Positions 55,283 through 64,000 of a stretch of DNA of 64,000 nucleotides are shown here, one piece after another (position 1 is the stretch's first letter; each line of letters starts with the position of its first letter). The notes under the pieces are model-generated. The model made no database searches, was not told where the DNA came from, and saw only the letters and a list, made by a program, of their open reading frames with translations. The position numbers and the translations under genes are program-made. This DNA comes from Verrucomicrobiota bacterium (GTDB taxonomy: Bacteria; Verrucomicrobiota; Verrucomicrobiia; Limisphaerales; AAA164-E04), in the NCBI GenBank assembly GCA_047947115.1, contig CP170459.1, positions 5,728,001-5,792,000 of the forward strand, given 5' to 3'.

Positions 55283-56344
55283 ATGAAACTGAACCTGAAC
55301 AAGGAAATCAAAATACCCACCGCAGCACTGGGAATCAGCACAATCCCCCAAAGCCGGCGCCTTCTGGTCAGTTGCTTCGATGGATCTGTTGTATTGGTGG
55401 ATCCAGACAAGGAATCTTTGGTTCCTCTTGGCACCCACTCGAGCTATGCCTCGGGTGTGATGTCTGTCCTGGAGGGTACCATGGCCGTATCAGCCGGATA
55501 CGACGGCATCCTGCAGTGGCATGACATCGAATCTCAGAAAACAGTGACTGTGGAAAAAGCTCATGATTTCTGGTCATGGCAGCTCAAAGCATCCAACAAC
55601 GGAAAGCTCGTCGCCTCCACCACCGGACAATATTTAAGCGGCGGATATAAATATGAACCAGCTCCCGAAAAAGAGCCTTCCATCAAGGTGTACGACACCG
55701 AAACCACAAAACTGCTCGCATCTTTCAGCCACCTTCCTCCGGTCTTGAGCGTTGCCTTCAGTCCAGACAATCGTTTCCTGGCCGCAGCAAACATGATGGG
55801 TGATATCAGGGTTTGGGACCTTGAATCGAAAGAACTCCTCAATGAATGGAATACTCCCGATTTCACGAGTTGGGGCATCATCAAGAGTCATCACTATATC
55901 GGAGGCATCTTCGATTTAAGCTTCGCACCGGATGGCAAAACCATTCTGGCATGCGGCATGGGACCCATGCGTGATCCGATGGCTGGCAACGGAAAACAAA
56001 CATGGCAGGAATTCGATTGGCAAAAACCCGAACCCGAAAAAATACGTGAAATCATGGACGATGAGCGCGGACGTGGATTAATGGAAACACTATCCTGGCA
56101 TCCTGATAATAAATCTTTCTGCATGGCTGGACGTATGGCCCAAGGAAACTGGAACACCGCACTTTTCGCTCATGAAACCGGTCAAATACTTCAAGGAATT
56201 GACAATAAAACCCGGGTCACAAAATCTGTATTCACAGAAGATGGAAATCAACTGATCCTTGCCGGGGCAAAAAGCCAGGGAGCCCCGGAAAAAGGTAAGT
56301 GGAAGGATTTTGGTAGATTATACATCTACGATGTTGTGCCATAA
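55283..56344 (+). CDS. WD40 repeat protein
   Basis: SAGYDG.L.W.D, VAFSPD..LAA...G.IRVWD, FAPDGK repeats. Confidence 0.88.
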   Translation: MKLNLNKEIKIPTAALGISTIPQSRRLLVSCFDGSVVLVDPDKESLVPLGTHSSYASGVMSVLEGTMAVSAGYDGILQWHDIESQKTVTVEKAHDFWSWQLKASNNGKLVASTTGQYLSGGYKYEPAPEKEPSIKVYDTETTKLLASFSHLPPVLSVAFSPDNRFLAAANMMGDIRVWDLESKELLNEWNTPDFTSWGIIKSHHYIGGIFDLSFAPDGKTILACGMGPMRDPMAGNGKQTWQEFDWQKPEPEKIREIMDDERGRGLMETLSWHPDNKSFCMAGRMAQGNWNTALFAHETGQILQGIDNKTRVTKSVFTEDGNQLILAGAKSQGAPEKGKWKDFGRLYIYDVVP

Positions 56345-56347
56345 AAA

Positions 56348-56424
56348 TGGCGGGAGCGACGGGACTCGAACCCGCAACCTCTGCCGTGACAGGGCAGCGC
56401 TCTAACCAATTGAGCTACGCCCCC
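56348..56424 (-). tRNA. tRNA-Asp (GTC)
   Basis: Revcomp GGGGGCGTAGCTCAATTGGTTAGAGCGCTGCCCTGTCACGGCAG...TTCGAGTCCCGTCGCTCCCGCCA, 77 nt. Confidence 0.97.
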
Positions 56425-56493
56425 GTTTCAAACGGGAATCGGAATGTATGCGAAATCCACGATGTTCGTCAATAGCTTATTGAAAAATTTCGC

Positions 56494-56573
56494 AAAAAAG
56501 ATTCGAGTAGCAGACGCCAAGGAGGTGGGGGTGGGGAACCCCTCTGAAGAAACGCACCACTACTCGAATCTCT
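56494..56573 (-). ncRNA. Candidate ~80-nt small RNA (long hairpin, C-rich loop, U-tail)
   Basis: 12-bp perfect inverted repeat 56499-56510/56560-56571, U-run at the 3' end, sigma70-like promoter just upstream. Confidence 0.55.
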
Positions 56574-56578
56574 GGTTA

Positions 56579-56606
56579 ATGTTAACAATTGCGTAACACA
56601 TGTCAA
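56579..56606 (-). promoter_or_regulatory. Sigma70-type promoter TTGACA-N16-TAACAT with extended TG
   Basis: Revcomp TTGACAtgtgttacgcaattgtTAACAT directly precedes the hairpin. Confidence 0.6.
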
Positions 56607-56866
56607 CGTTCCGTTGGTCGGGAAGTTGAACCTTTTACATTATTTACATATGAATCCACTAAGCCTGAGCTCCATACAAGCCAGGAGTTTGACAATAGGA
56701 ATGCATTGAGTAAATCAACTGAATGACAATCCCAAGATTGATACCTATTGCCAAAAATGGTTGAGGAATTGAATCCACTGAGGTTTCTTATCCAGACATC
56801 AACTGCACCAGAACCGCGGTGATGCAGATGTGATTCAGCTTTTTCCTTTGCCATCGTAATTAAAAA

Positions 56867-57460
56867 TCACACTGCCAAGAGATGCCTTTGAATCGATTCC
56901 CATTGCATAATGGTCGTAACAATTGTGGCGTCAGTCCAAATAACAAAATCACTCGCTTCCACTTTATGTTTGAGAGATAACTGTGCACCCAATCGCTTTT
57001 GAATGTGAGATTCGTCCCATCCCCTGCTGATCAAACGAGCATGTTGAGTTTTTGAAGAGCATGCCATGGCAATGATCTTGTCGAATCTTTTTTCAACTCC
57101 AGTTTCAAATAACAACGGAATAACCACTACTCCAAACGAAACACCCCTATCATCCCATTGGACCACCATGTTCTCCCAAACTTCGCGAATGCGGGGATGT
57201 AAAATTTGTTCCAGTTGTTTAAGCGAGTGATGATCATTGAAGACTATCCGGGATAACCGTTGCCGATTCAAAGAACCATCTGAAGCACAGACATCCTCAC
57301 CAAACATTTGTTTCACCAGATCAAAGGCAGGTTGACCAGGAACCAATAGTTCTCGGGAGATATCATCAGTGTCGATGACCGGCACATTCTCTGTTAAAAG
57401 GTGGCGAGTCAAAAAGCTTTTACCACAACCAATGCTTCCGGTTAATCCAACTAATTTCAT
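56867..57460 (-). CDS. coaE: Dephospho-CoA kinase
   Basis: GLTGSIGCGKS, IDTD, LNR..L...VF, ILHP.I, PLLFE. Confidence 0.95.
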   Translation of the reverse strand: MKLVGLTGSIGCGKSFLTRHLLTENVPVIDTDDISRELLVPGQPAFDLVKQMFGEDVCASDGSLNRQRLSRIVFNDHHSLKQLEQILHPRIREVWENMVVQWDDRGVSFGVVVIPLLFETGVEKRFDKIIAMACSSKTQHARLISRGWDESHIQKRLGAQLSLKHKVEASDFVIWTDATIVTTIMQWESIQRHLLAV

Positions 57461-57463
57461 AAC

Positions 57464-57494
57464 AAAAAAAGGAACCGCCGCGGCGGTTCCTTTT
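57464..57494 (-). terminator. Intrinsic terminator (perfect palindrome)
   Basis: AAAAGGAACCGCCG|CGGCGGTTCCTTTT, T7 tail on the minus strand. Confidence 0.82.
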
Positions 57495-57516
57495 GCAAAG
57501 TCAAATTTAAATATCC

Positions 57517-60500
57517 TTACTCGGATACCGCTCTGAAGAACGACTGGGACTTGCCGCCATTTTCAACACCTCGAACCTGAAGTCTACCTTCATGATTGGT
57601 TCGACCATTGTAAATCTGCTGCCACTTGTCCAATCCTTTCGATGTTTCAAGGATATATACCTGATCGGGTTGTCCGACGATTTCAAAATCAAGACCTCCT
57701 TGATCACCTTGAGAAACATACACAGAGGCGGTTTGTTGAGGTGCTGACACGATTTCCAAAGGAAGATCGATATTATCCAAGAAAACGGCATCCTTGCCTT
57801 CGCTATTGGAAAAATCTTTCACGTATCGCCATTCAAGCAAATGTTCGCCGGCATCAATGAGAAATTCAAATCGTTGCCACTCGAGATCGCCTGACCATTC
57901 ATTAACCAGCCGTCCGTCAATAAGGAAAGAAACCACATCCCAACCTTCCTCAGTGCTGACCTTGATATCAAATTTGCCCCGTCCTCCTGAAAAGTTTTGA
58001 CGGAGACTCAAGGTAGTCGTTTGGCCATGGCCAATTGAACCTGACATCAGTGAATAACTACCCGTGAAGCTTTCGGCGTCGGTGACTGTCCAGTTAGCAC
58101 CCTCACTCTGGAATGGCTGGGAAATGACCCCTGACTCAAAGTTATCACTCACCGTGATGGGTAAAAACTGAGCCTGCACCTCGAGATTCGAATCGATTAC
58201 CAAATTCAGTGGATTATCAGTGGAATCCACACTTCCTGCCCAACCGGCAAACTGAAATCCAGCATCAGGAACTGCTGTTAGCAAAACCTCAGAGCCGACG
58301 CCAAACAGTCCGGAAGCACCATCGATAACGCCTCCCTCACCGGCAATCAATATCAACTCACGTAGTTCGGTCGGTGTGTATTGGTAACGGATTCCAAAAC
58401 TACCACCGGCGCCACCAAACCCGTCAATCACTATCCAATATTGTTTACCAGCTTCCAACGCCTGGGTAATTCTGCTTCCTGAGCTGCTTGGTGTTGCGTC
58501 ATCATTGGAGGCGACAGCAACAAGATCAACAACCTTGGAACCGGTATAGATGGCCATTAAAGTGTCAAATCGTCCTCGGCGAACAGCTATGTCGATCTGC
58601 CCATCAGCTTCAGGAGTATAAGTATACCACATCGAACGTCCACCTGCGTTTCCTGCATGAAATGGCTCACCAAATTGTTTGGTTGCATTGGAACTGTCTC
58701 CTTCAATATCCCCCTCAAGTCCCTCCAAAACCAATGCATTTTTCAAATGATCATTAACCGGGTCCGAAACGACATATGAAACAAACACTTTAGAAATCTC
58801 AGATCGATTCCCTGCAAAATCAACTGCTTGTGCTTGGATGGTATTTAAACCTGGAACCAAATAGGCAATGGTTTCCCAATCTGATACGCCTTTGGCTGAA
58901 CCACCCGAAATCTCGCCGTTAACCCGTAATTGCACCTCCTGAACACCTGAAGCGCTGGGTTCCGGATCAAATGAATAACCCTTGATCACAATTTGCTGTT
59001 GTGAGCTGATGAGTCCACTTGATGGGGATTGTATTTTAACTACAGGTGCCATTAAATCAGGAGTTCCGTTTGGCTGGATGCGAAGACGGATAGTTCCTGA
59101 AGAAGTTTCATCGTGACTTGCCACAACAATCCGGTAACTGGCACCTTTGGTTACATTAAGGTTGAGGAAACCTGCCTTGCGTGATCCACTGTTGTCCACA
59201 CTGCCAACCTCCCGAAGACTATTGAGCTCATTGCCCTCGTAAACAGCCAATATAGTGTCAAAACCACTACCGGCAGTGTCAAGAATAACGGGACCAGAGA
59301 CTGCTGGAGACCAGCTCCACCACAATGAGTGGTCTGAGAAAAAGAATCCACCGTGTGCTGGTTCGTCCTCTTCTTTCGTAGCAAACTGATTATTGGTAAT
59401 GAACCTGCCACCAGAAGGGGACACCTTGGTTGCTAAACGAAAATCATCATTAGATGGGGAGGGAACAAGTATATAAGTTAAAGATATTTCTACAGGAGCT
59501 TTACCTTCTGCCTCCACCCTGACCACCATATCGTATTCGCCTGTATTACCCGGTAAATTAATGTTGGCACTGTAAATGGCGTCTCCTGCCTTAATGTCAG
59601 GAGCAGCTCCGTCATTGGCAAAGGTTGTAACTGTCCCGTCGGGACCTGATGCGGTAACTGTGGCATCGGGAATTCCAATCAAGTCGGTTACACGAACAAA
59701 AACAGGTTGTGCTGAACCGGTTAGCAAAACAGATTGAGAAGGTGGTGTCACCGAAGCTTCTAATGTCCCATCCGGTTCTACCTGAAGAGCATTCCATGCG
59801 TTAAGACGACCTCCGGTGGAAACTTTACTCAAAAAAGCTGAAGATTTCACAGCGGAACTAAGTATCCGTTCCTTTAATTCTGCAGCTTGCGAATCTGGAA
59901 AGACAGATTTGATAAGTGCCGCAACACCGGATACGTAAGGCGCTGCAAAACTGGTTCCGTCAAGAATATCGTAATCCTCGTCTGGAGCGACAGTTGTTGA
60001 TCCGGTTCCGGTGCCAATGTTGCCAGCTTCATCCCCGCTTCCCGCAACATGAATTTCGCTACCTGGAGCCGCAATATCGACAGATGTCACACCATAATTT
60101 GAAAAATCAGCAAGAAGATCATGTCGATCAGAGGCTGCGACGGAAATGATGTTGTCGATTTCGTAGTTTGATGGGAAATGGGTAAAAATATCGTTGTTAA
60201 GACCGTCATTACCGGCTGCAGCTACAAAAAGCACTCCGTTTTCCTGCGCCAAAGCAATGGCATCAAAGAGACCTTGACCATAAGATCCCCCACCCCAGCT
60301 GGCGTTGATAATGTGAGCGCCCATTCGAACAGCGTATTCGATGGATTCAATCAAATCGGAGTCCTGACCACCGAAAGGGCCCAGGGCTTTGCATGCCATA
60401 AGCTGGACTTCCCAAGCAACACCCACAACATCTTTGTCGTCTGCAGAAGCTCCGATAATGGAAGCAACGGCGGTTCCGTGATCTTCGACATCCAATGGAT

Positions 60501-61224
60501 CACCAGTGTCATTCACTGCATTGATGCCATAAATATCATCCACCCATCCGTTGAAATCATCATCAAGCCCATTCCCTGGAATTTCACCGGAATTGACCCA
60601 CATGTTGGCAACCAATTCCTGATGAGTATAACGTATGCCTGTGTCGATAACGGCGACCAACACATCTTTGGATCCTGTTGTAATATCCCATGCTAGATCA
60701 GCATCAATATCAGCATTTTCCACACCTCCGCTCTCACCAGTGTTTTTCAAACCCCAAAGTCGGCCATCTACGTATGCTGGATCTTCTGCATCTTTATATA
60801 TACGACGAATAAAATTAGGCTCTACGTATTGGAACAAGCCAGATTGTTTCAGAACATCAATTCGTGCTTGCAAGTCCTCTGCCTGCTGCTCCTTGTTAAC
60901 CCCGGGACGATATCCCGCTCTGGGAGCATTGTGATTCACGGCAACATCCAAAAGGACTAATCCGGGGATACCTGGATATTGGCGACCAACCACCGAACCG
61001 GACTCCTGCAAGGCGGATCTAACGTCAGCGGATGTAAGCGCGCTTGTGTTATGATTGTTAAGCCTGGCCAATATGCGTGTGGGATGAACTTCGCCACCGT
61101 TTAAGGATATCCAAGGGGAACCTTCCTGTGCATTGGCAATCATACACATTACATAAAAAGTGAAGATCCCAGTTGTTAAAAACTTCATACCCTGTGTGCT
61201 TAGCCTTTTAAGAGAGTTTTTCAT
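57517..61224 (-). CDS. Secreted multidomain S8 (subtilisin-like) serine peptidase
   Basis: VAVIDTG, HGTAVAS, AAAGN, GTSFAAP triad; two PPC-like repeats (ND.F..A...ATK..EP.H...S.W..W/Y.P...FDT.LA.Y.G), Ig-like and InlB-B-like modules. Confidence 0.92.
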   Translation of the reverse strand: MKNSLKRLSTQGMKFLTTGIFTFYVMCMIANAQEGSPWISLNGGEVHPTRILARLNNHNTSALTSADVRSALQESGSVVGRQYPGIPGLVLLDVAVNHNAPRAGYRPGVNKEQQAEDLQARIDVLKQSGLFQYVEPNFIRRIYKDAEDPAYVDGRLWGLKNTGESGGVENADIDADLAWDITTGSKDVLVAVIDTGIRYTHQELVANMWVNSGEIPGNGLDDDFNGWVDDIYGINAVNDTGDPLDVEDHGTAVASIIGASADDKDVVGVAWEVQLMACKALGPFGGQDSDLIESIEYAVRMGAHIINASWGGGSYGQGLFDAIALAQENGVLFVAAAGNDGLNNDIFTHFPSNYEIDNIISVAASDRHDLLADFSNYGVTSVDIAAPGSEIHVAGSGDEAGNIGTGTGSTTVAPDEDYDILDGTSFAAPYVSGVAALIKSVFPDSQAAELKERILSSAVKSSAFLSKVSTGGRLNAWNALQVEPDGTLEASVTPPSQSVLLTGSAQPVFVRVTDLIGIPDATVTASGPDGTVTTFANDGAAPDIKAGDAIYSANINLPGNTGEYDMVVRVEAEGKAPVEISLTYILVPSPSNDDFRLATKVSPSGGRFITNNQFATKEEDEPAHGGFFFSDHSLWWSWSPAVSGPVILDTAGSGFDTILAVYEGNELNSLREVGSVDNSGSRKAGFLNLNVTKGASYRIVVASHDETSSGTIRLRIQPNGTPDLMAPVVKIQSPSSGLISSQQQIVIKGYSFDPEPSASGVQEVQLRVNGEISGGSAKGVSDWETIAYLVPGLNTIQAQAVDFAGNRSEISKVFVSYVVSDPVNDHLKNALVLEGLEGDIEGDSSNATKQFGEPFHAGNAGGRSMWYTYTPEADGQIDIAVRRGRFDTLMAIYTGSKVVDLVAVASNDDATPSSSGSRITQALEAGKQYWIVIDGFGGAGGSFGIRYQYTPTELRELILIAGEGGVIDGASGLFGVGSEVLLTAVPDAGFQFAGWAGSVDSTDNPLNLVIDSNLEVQAQFLPITVSDNFESGVISQPFQSEGANWTVTDAESFTGSYSLMSGSIGHGQTTTLSLRQNFSGGRGKFDIKVSTEEGWDVVSFLIDGRLVNEWSGDLEWQRFEFLIDAGEHLLEWRYVKDFSNSEGKDAVFLDNIDLPLEIVSAPQQTASVYVSQGDQGGLDFEIVGQPDQVYILETSKGLDKWQQIYNGRTNHEGRLQVRGVENGGKSQSFFRAVSE

Positions 61225-61253
61225 TATTATTTCAGGCAATCCGGATTGGCTCC

Positions 61254-64000
61254 TCATGGTGCATAACTGACCCGATAGAACCTACCGTGAATATCGGATC
61301 CTACATTATCTTCTACGCTGATGACCTGTCGTTCACGAGATGGATTTGAAACTGATTTCAAATAATTCCAACCCTGTTCAAAAATGTCATTCTTGAACTC
61401 AACTTTATAGGTTGTACTACCAGCAGCCATCCAAGAAATGCTGGCTGTTTGTTGAGCACCATTATCGACGCTTATTTCATTCAGTACGACCCCGTCGAAA
61501 GGGTTCACATCAAGACCGTTAGCAACACCATCCCCATCATCATCAAGAATCAGGCTTTCCTTACGTGCCTGGTTGACCAAAATTGAGGTTCCGTCCGATA
61601 ATACGACAGGAACTCCACTTAGAGGACCGGCATACTCGGGAACCCATTGAAGTTTTCCTCCAAAAGCGCCGTCCAGCTCCTCGACAGGTATGTTGGAACT
61701 TGCAAAATAAATCATCATACCCTCTTCAATGGACACTGTGCTTTGCCAGTTTTCAGCAAAATTGTCATTGAACAGCAATCTATCCACGTAAATGGCCGCA
61801 CTACCACCTCCGGAGGAGAATTTAGCTTTTGCACCGATAGGTCCTTCGATAACCAATGTGCCGATGGCAGAATTATTTTTAAAACCTGACACAGATCTAC
61901 CCAAGTCCCGGCTTTTCCAAATGTGGCTCACATTGGCAAATCTGGGAATGTTACTTTCCAACCTAGTTCCCAATAAATCACCGTTTGCAGGAGTTTGTAG
62001 CATTTGGAATCCATTATTAACCCGTATATTGTTGTTAGCATTCGGCCCTGAATCGGTCAATGTACCGGTGATATCCAAAAATAATTTGGAAGATGTATCT
62101 ATTTGGTTGTCTCGCAACTTGAAATTTGTTCCTTTCAAAACTAAATCTCTACCGGCTCCCACCGTTCCAGATTCTAATTTGCCATCAACTGCCTCAATTT
62201 CGACTCTACCACCGCTGGCAATCAAACCGGTGTTCTCGAAATAATCAGCTTTAAATCTCTGACTGAAAGCGACCACTGCACCATTGTTGATAAAGGAATC
62301 CAGTCCATCATCGATATCTGAACCATATTCGGCGAGCTCGTTTACGCTTAACGCTCCGTTCACTGTAATGTTGCGCGTTTCCGGCCAATTGGATTTGCCC
62401 AGTTGCTCGATGTGACCAAAGAAGTTTAATTCAGAATCCACGGTGAGATTCTCGGATTTAACCTGAAATGATTGAATGACGTTTAGATCATCTCCAATAA
62501 CAACGTCCGTGGCTTCAGCAACCAATTCATGTGTCAAGACATTGGCACGCGTCCTTAGCTGAGTGGCGTCAATGACAGTCATGTGGTAAAAATATGTAAT
62601 GACATTCGTGGTCATTGTCGGCTCAGCAGCAGGATCCTCTGCGGGCGTTTCTATTACGATACCAGACAAGTTTGTCCAAACGGTACTATAAGCGTAAATT
62701 TCGCCACTGAATCGATCAACCTGCGGCTTTGAAACACCGGTCATATCGAGCACACCGTTTGTGGATGCCAAACTGTAACTGATATTTTGAACATCAATTG
62801 CAGAGTTGGCTGTGTTGACCAAGTGCTTGGTGTTTACACTGATTAAACCTTCGCCTCGAATACGCGTCCCGTTTAAATCCAAAACATCGGCGTTGATTTC
62901 GACTCTCCCAGGCTGACTCTCCGATGCGGGTATCCTAGCAGAAGTGATATCTCGTTCTGTAGAACTTTCCACCAGCGCTGCATAAGCTGCATAGAAGTTG
63001 GTTACAATCGTATTTGAGAAACTGGCATTGTAAAGCAGATCAGGAGATAGCTCAGCGTTTGGTAAAGTACCATCGGACCAGCTGTAATCCTGGGTAAATG
63101 GTGCAATACGTGAGAGAGAATACGTGGAAGGTTTGTATGTGGGCTCATTTCCATTCTGCTGGAAAACAAGATTTGTATCCCAAGCCAGTGTATCCGTCAT
63201 GTAGAGAGTAAACAGATCAGAGCTACCAGTAACAACGTTGGTTAATGGAACGCTGTATTCAATCATGGCTGTACTGATATTGTTAGTAACAGGACTTGTG
63301 TCAAAACGAACCTGAGTCTGAATTCTACTGTCTCCCAAGGCTGAAAAAACAGCTTGTACGATGATATTTGTTTCTGTAATAGCATTGGAGATGATAAAGG
63401 CATCCGCACCTTGCAATGCTACAGTGGCAAATTGTGGAAACAAAGCAGTGTTTGTTACTTGATGACCAGGAGAAATGATATTGGCACTGCTACCTACAAC
63501 ATTTAGAAAACCGGACGAATCAACTAAACCATTTGTCAGGCCACCCCAATATTGATCAAATACACCAGCTTCGGGATTAAAATTTGTCCCAAAAGAAGAT
63601 GAACCAGTTCCCCGTAAGGGGGCAACGAGTAAACCACCATCACTTAAATCGACGTGGTCACCGTTAATGCTCAATAATCCAGATGAACCGACGGAAATAA
63701 GTCCGTGGTTTTGAATATTGGTGGCATTCACAACGACTCGATTGGGAGTGTTGGAAAGAGCATTCACTTGAGCCCCCACTCCATTAAAAAATGAACTGGC
63801 TTTCGAATGTGCTCCACCGTCGCTGATATGTTCAAAAATAAAACCAGCTTGACTGTTCATCACGCCATAATTGGTATAGTTTAGCGTGTTTTGAGTATCG
63901 AATGGCAGGGGTGAAGAAAACTCGGAAAAAGATCCTTGATTTATGAAAGTAACCGCATTGACAGGGAGATCATCGAGTGCATCGACAAATCCCTTATTGA
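61254..64000 (-). CDS. Large secreted/surface protein, beta-rich (5' end outside window)
   Basis: Frame stays open to the window edge; Asn/Thr/Ser-rich; DDDGDGVANGLD Ca-binding-like motif; C-terminal RFYRV domain. Confidence 0.8.
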   Translation of the reverse strand, partial: NKGFVDALDDLPVNAVTFINQGSFSEFSSPLPFDTQNTLNYTNYGVMNSQAGFIFEHISDGGAHSKASSFFNGVGAQVNALSNTPNRVVVNATNIQNHGLISVGSSGLLSINGDHVDLSDGGLLVAPLRGTGSSSFGTNFNPEAGVFDQYWGGLTNGLVDSSGFLNVVGSSANIISPGHQVTNTALFPQFATVALQGADAFIISNAITETNIIVQAVFSALGDSRIQTQVRFDTSPVTNNISTAMIEYSVPLTNVVTGSSDLFTLYMTDTLAWDTNLVFQQNGNEPTYKPSTYSLSRIAPFTQDYSWSDGTLPNAELSPDLLYNASFSNTIVTNFYAAYAALVESSTERDITSARIPASESQPGRVEINADVLDLNGTRIRGEGLISVNTKHLVNTANSAIDVQNISYSLASTNGVLDMTGVSKPQVDRFSGEIYAYSTVWTNLSGIVIETPAEDPAAEPTMTTNVITYFYHMTVIDATQLRTRANVLTHELVAEATDVVIGDDLNVIQSFQVKSENLTVDSELNFFGHIEQLGKSNWPETRNITVNGALSVNELAEYGSDIDDGLDSFINNGAVVAFSQRFKADYFENTGLIASGGRVEIEAVDGKLESGTVGAGRDLVLKGTNFKLRDNQIDTSSKLFLDITGTLTDSGPNANNNIRVNNGFQMLQTPANGDLLGTRLESNIPRFANVSHIWKSRDLGRSVSGFKNNSAIGTLVIEGPIGAKAKFSSGGGSAAIYVDRLLFNDNFAENWQSTVSIEEGMMIYFASSNIPVEELDGAFGGKLQWVPEYAGPLSGVPVVLSDGTSILVNQARKESLILDDDGDGVANGLDVNPFDGVVLNEISVDNGAQQTASISWMAAGSTTYKVEFKNDIFEQGWNYLKSVSNPSRERQVISVEDNVGSDIHGRFYRVSYAP

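Noticed and set aside
5904..56347. Genomic island bounded by two inward-facing tRNA 3' ends
   Set aside because: No integrase or duplicated tRNA end seen; contains core genes such as accD and comF.
56603..56854. 83-aa ORF after coaE
   Set aside because: No recognisable motif and atypical composition; its stop overlaps the -35 box of the candidate sRNA promoter.

Overview
Bacterial chromosomal segment whose gene content (DUF1549/DUF1553, DUF1501, DUF1080, PQQ-like propeller, 'FYR'-tailed surface proteins) suggests a PVC-superphylum organism, probably Verrucomicrobiota; this is inference. Left part: coaD-yceD-rpmF-plsX-fabH-(PilZ-like)-pilT, tRNA-Phe, carbohydrate and hydrolase genes, accD, comF, an atypical kinase and a MacAB-type exporter. 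Centre (28.6-43.6 kb): an unusually built nitrate-assimilation locus with LysR, a NasS-like sensor, an Nrt ABC transporter, a fused DmsB-DmsC-like Fe-S/membrane anchor, a NasA/NarB-type Mo nitrate reductase, a CysJ-like diflavin reductase and NirA. Next is a doubly damaged BlaI/BlaR-like module (1-nt frameshift in the repressor; a 1483-bp IS with TTAA duplication in the M56 protease), two uncharacterised envelope genes, NanA and a DUF1549-DUF1501-WD40 module. Right part: tRNA-Asp, a candidate ~80-nt sRNA with its own promoter and terminator, coaE and two large secreted proteins sharing a C-terminal domain. All family calls come from motif recognition by eye; no database searches were run.
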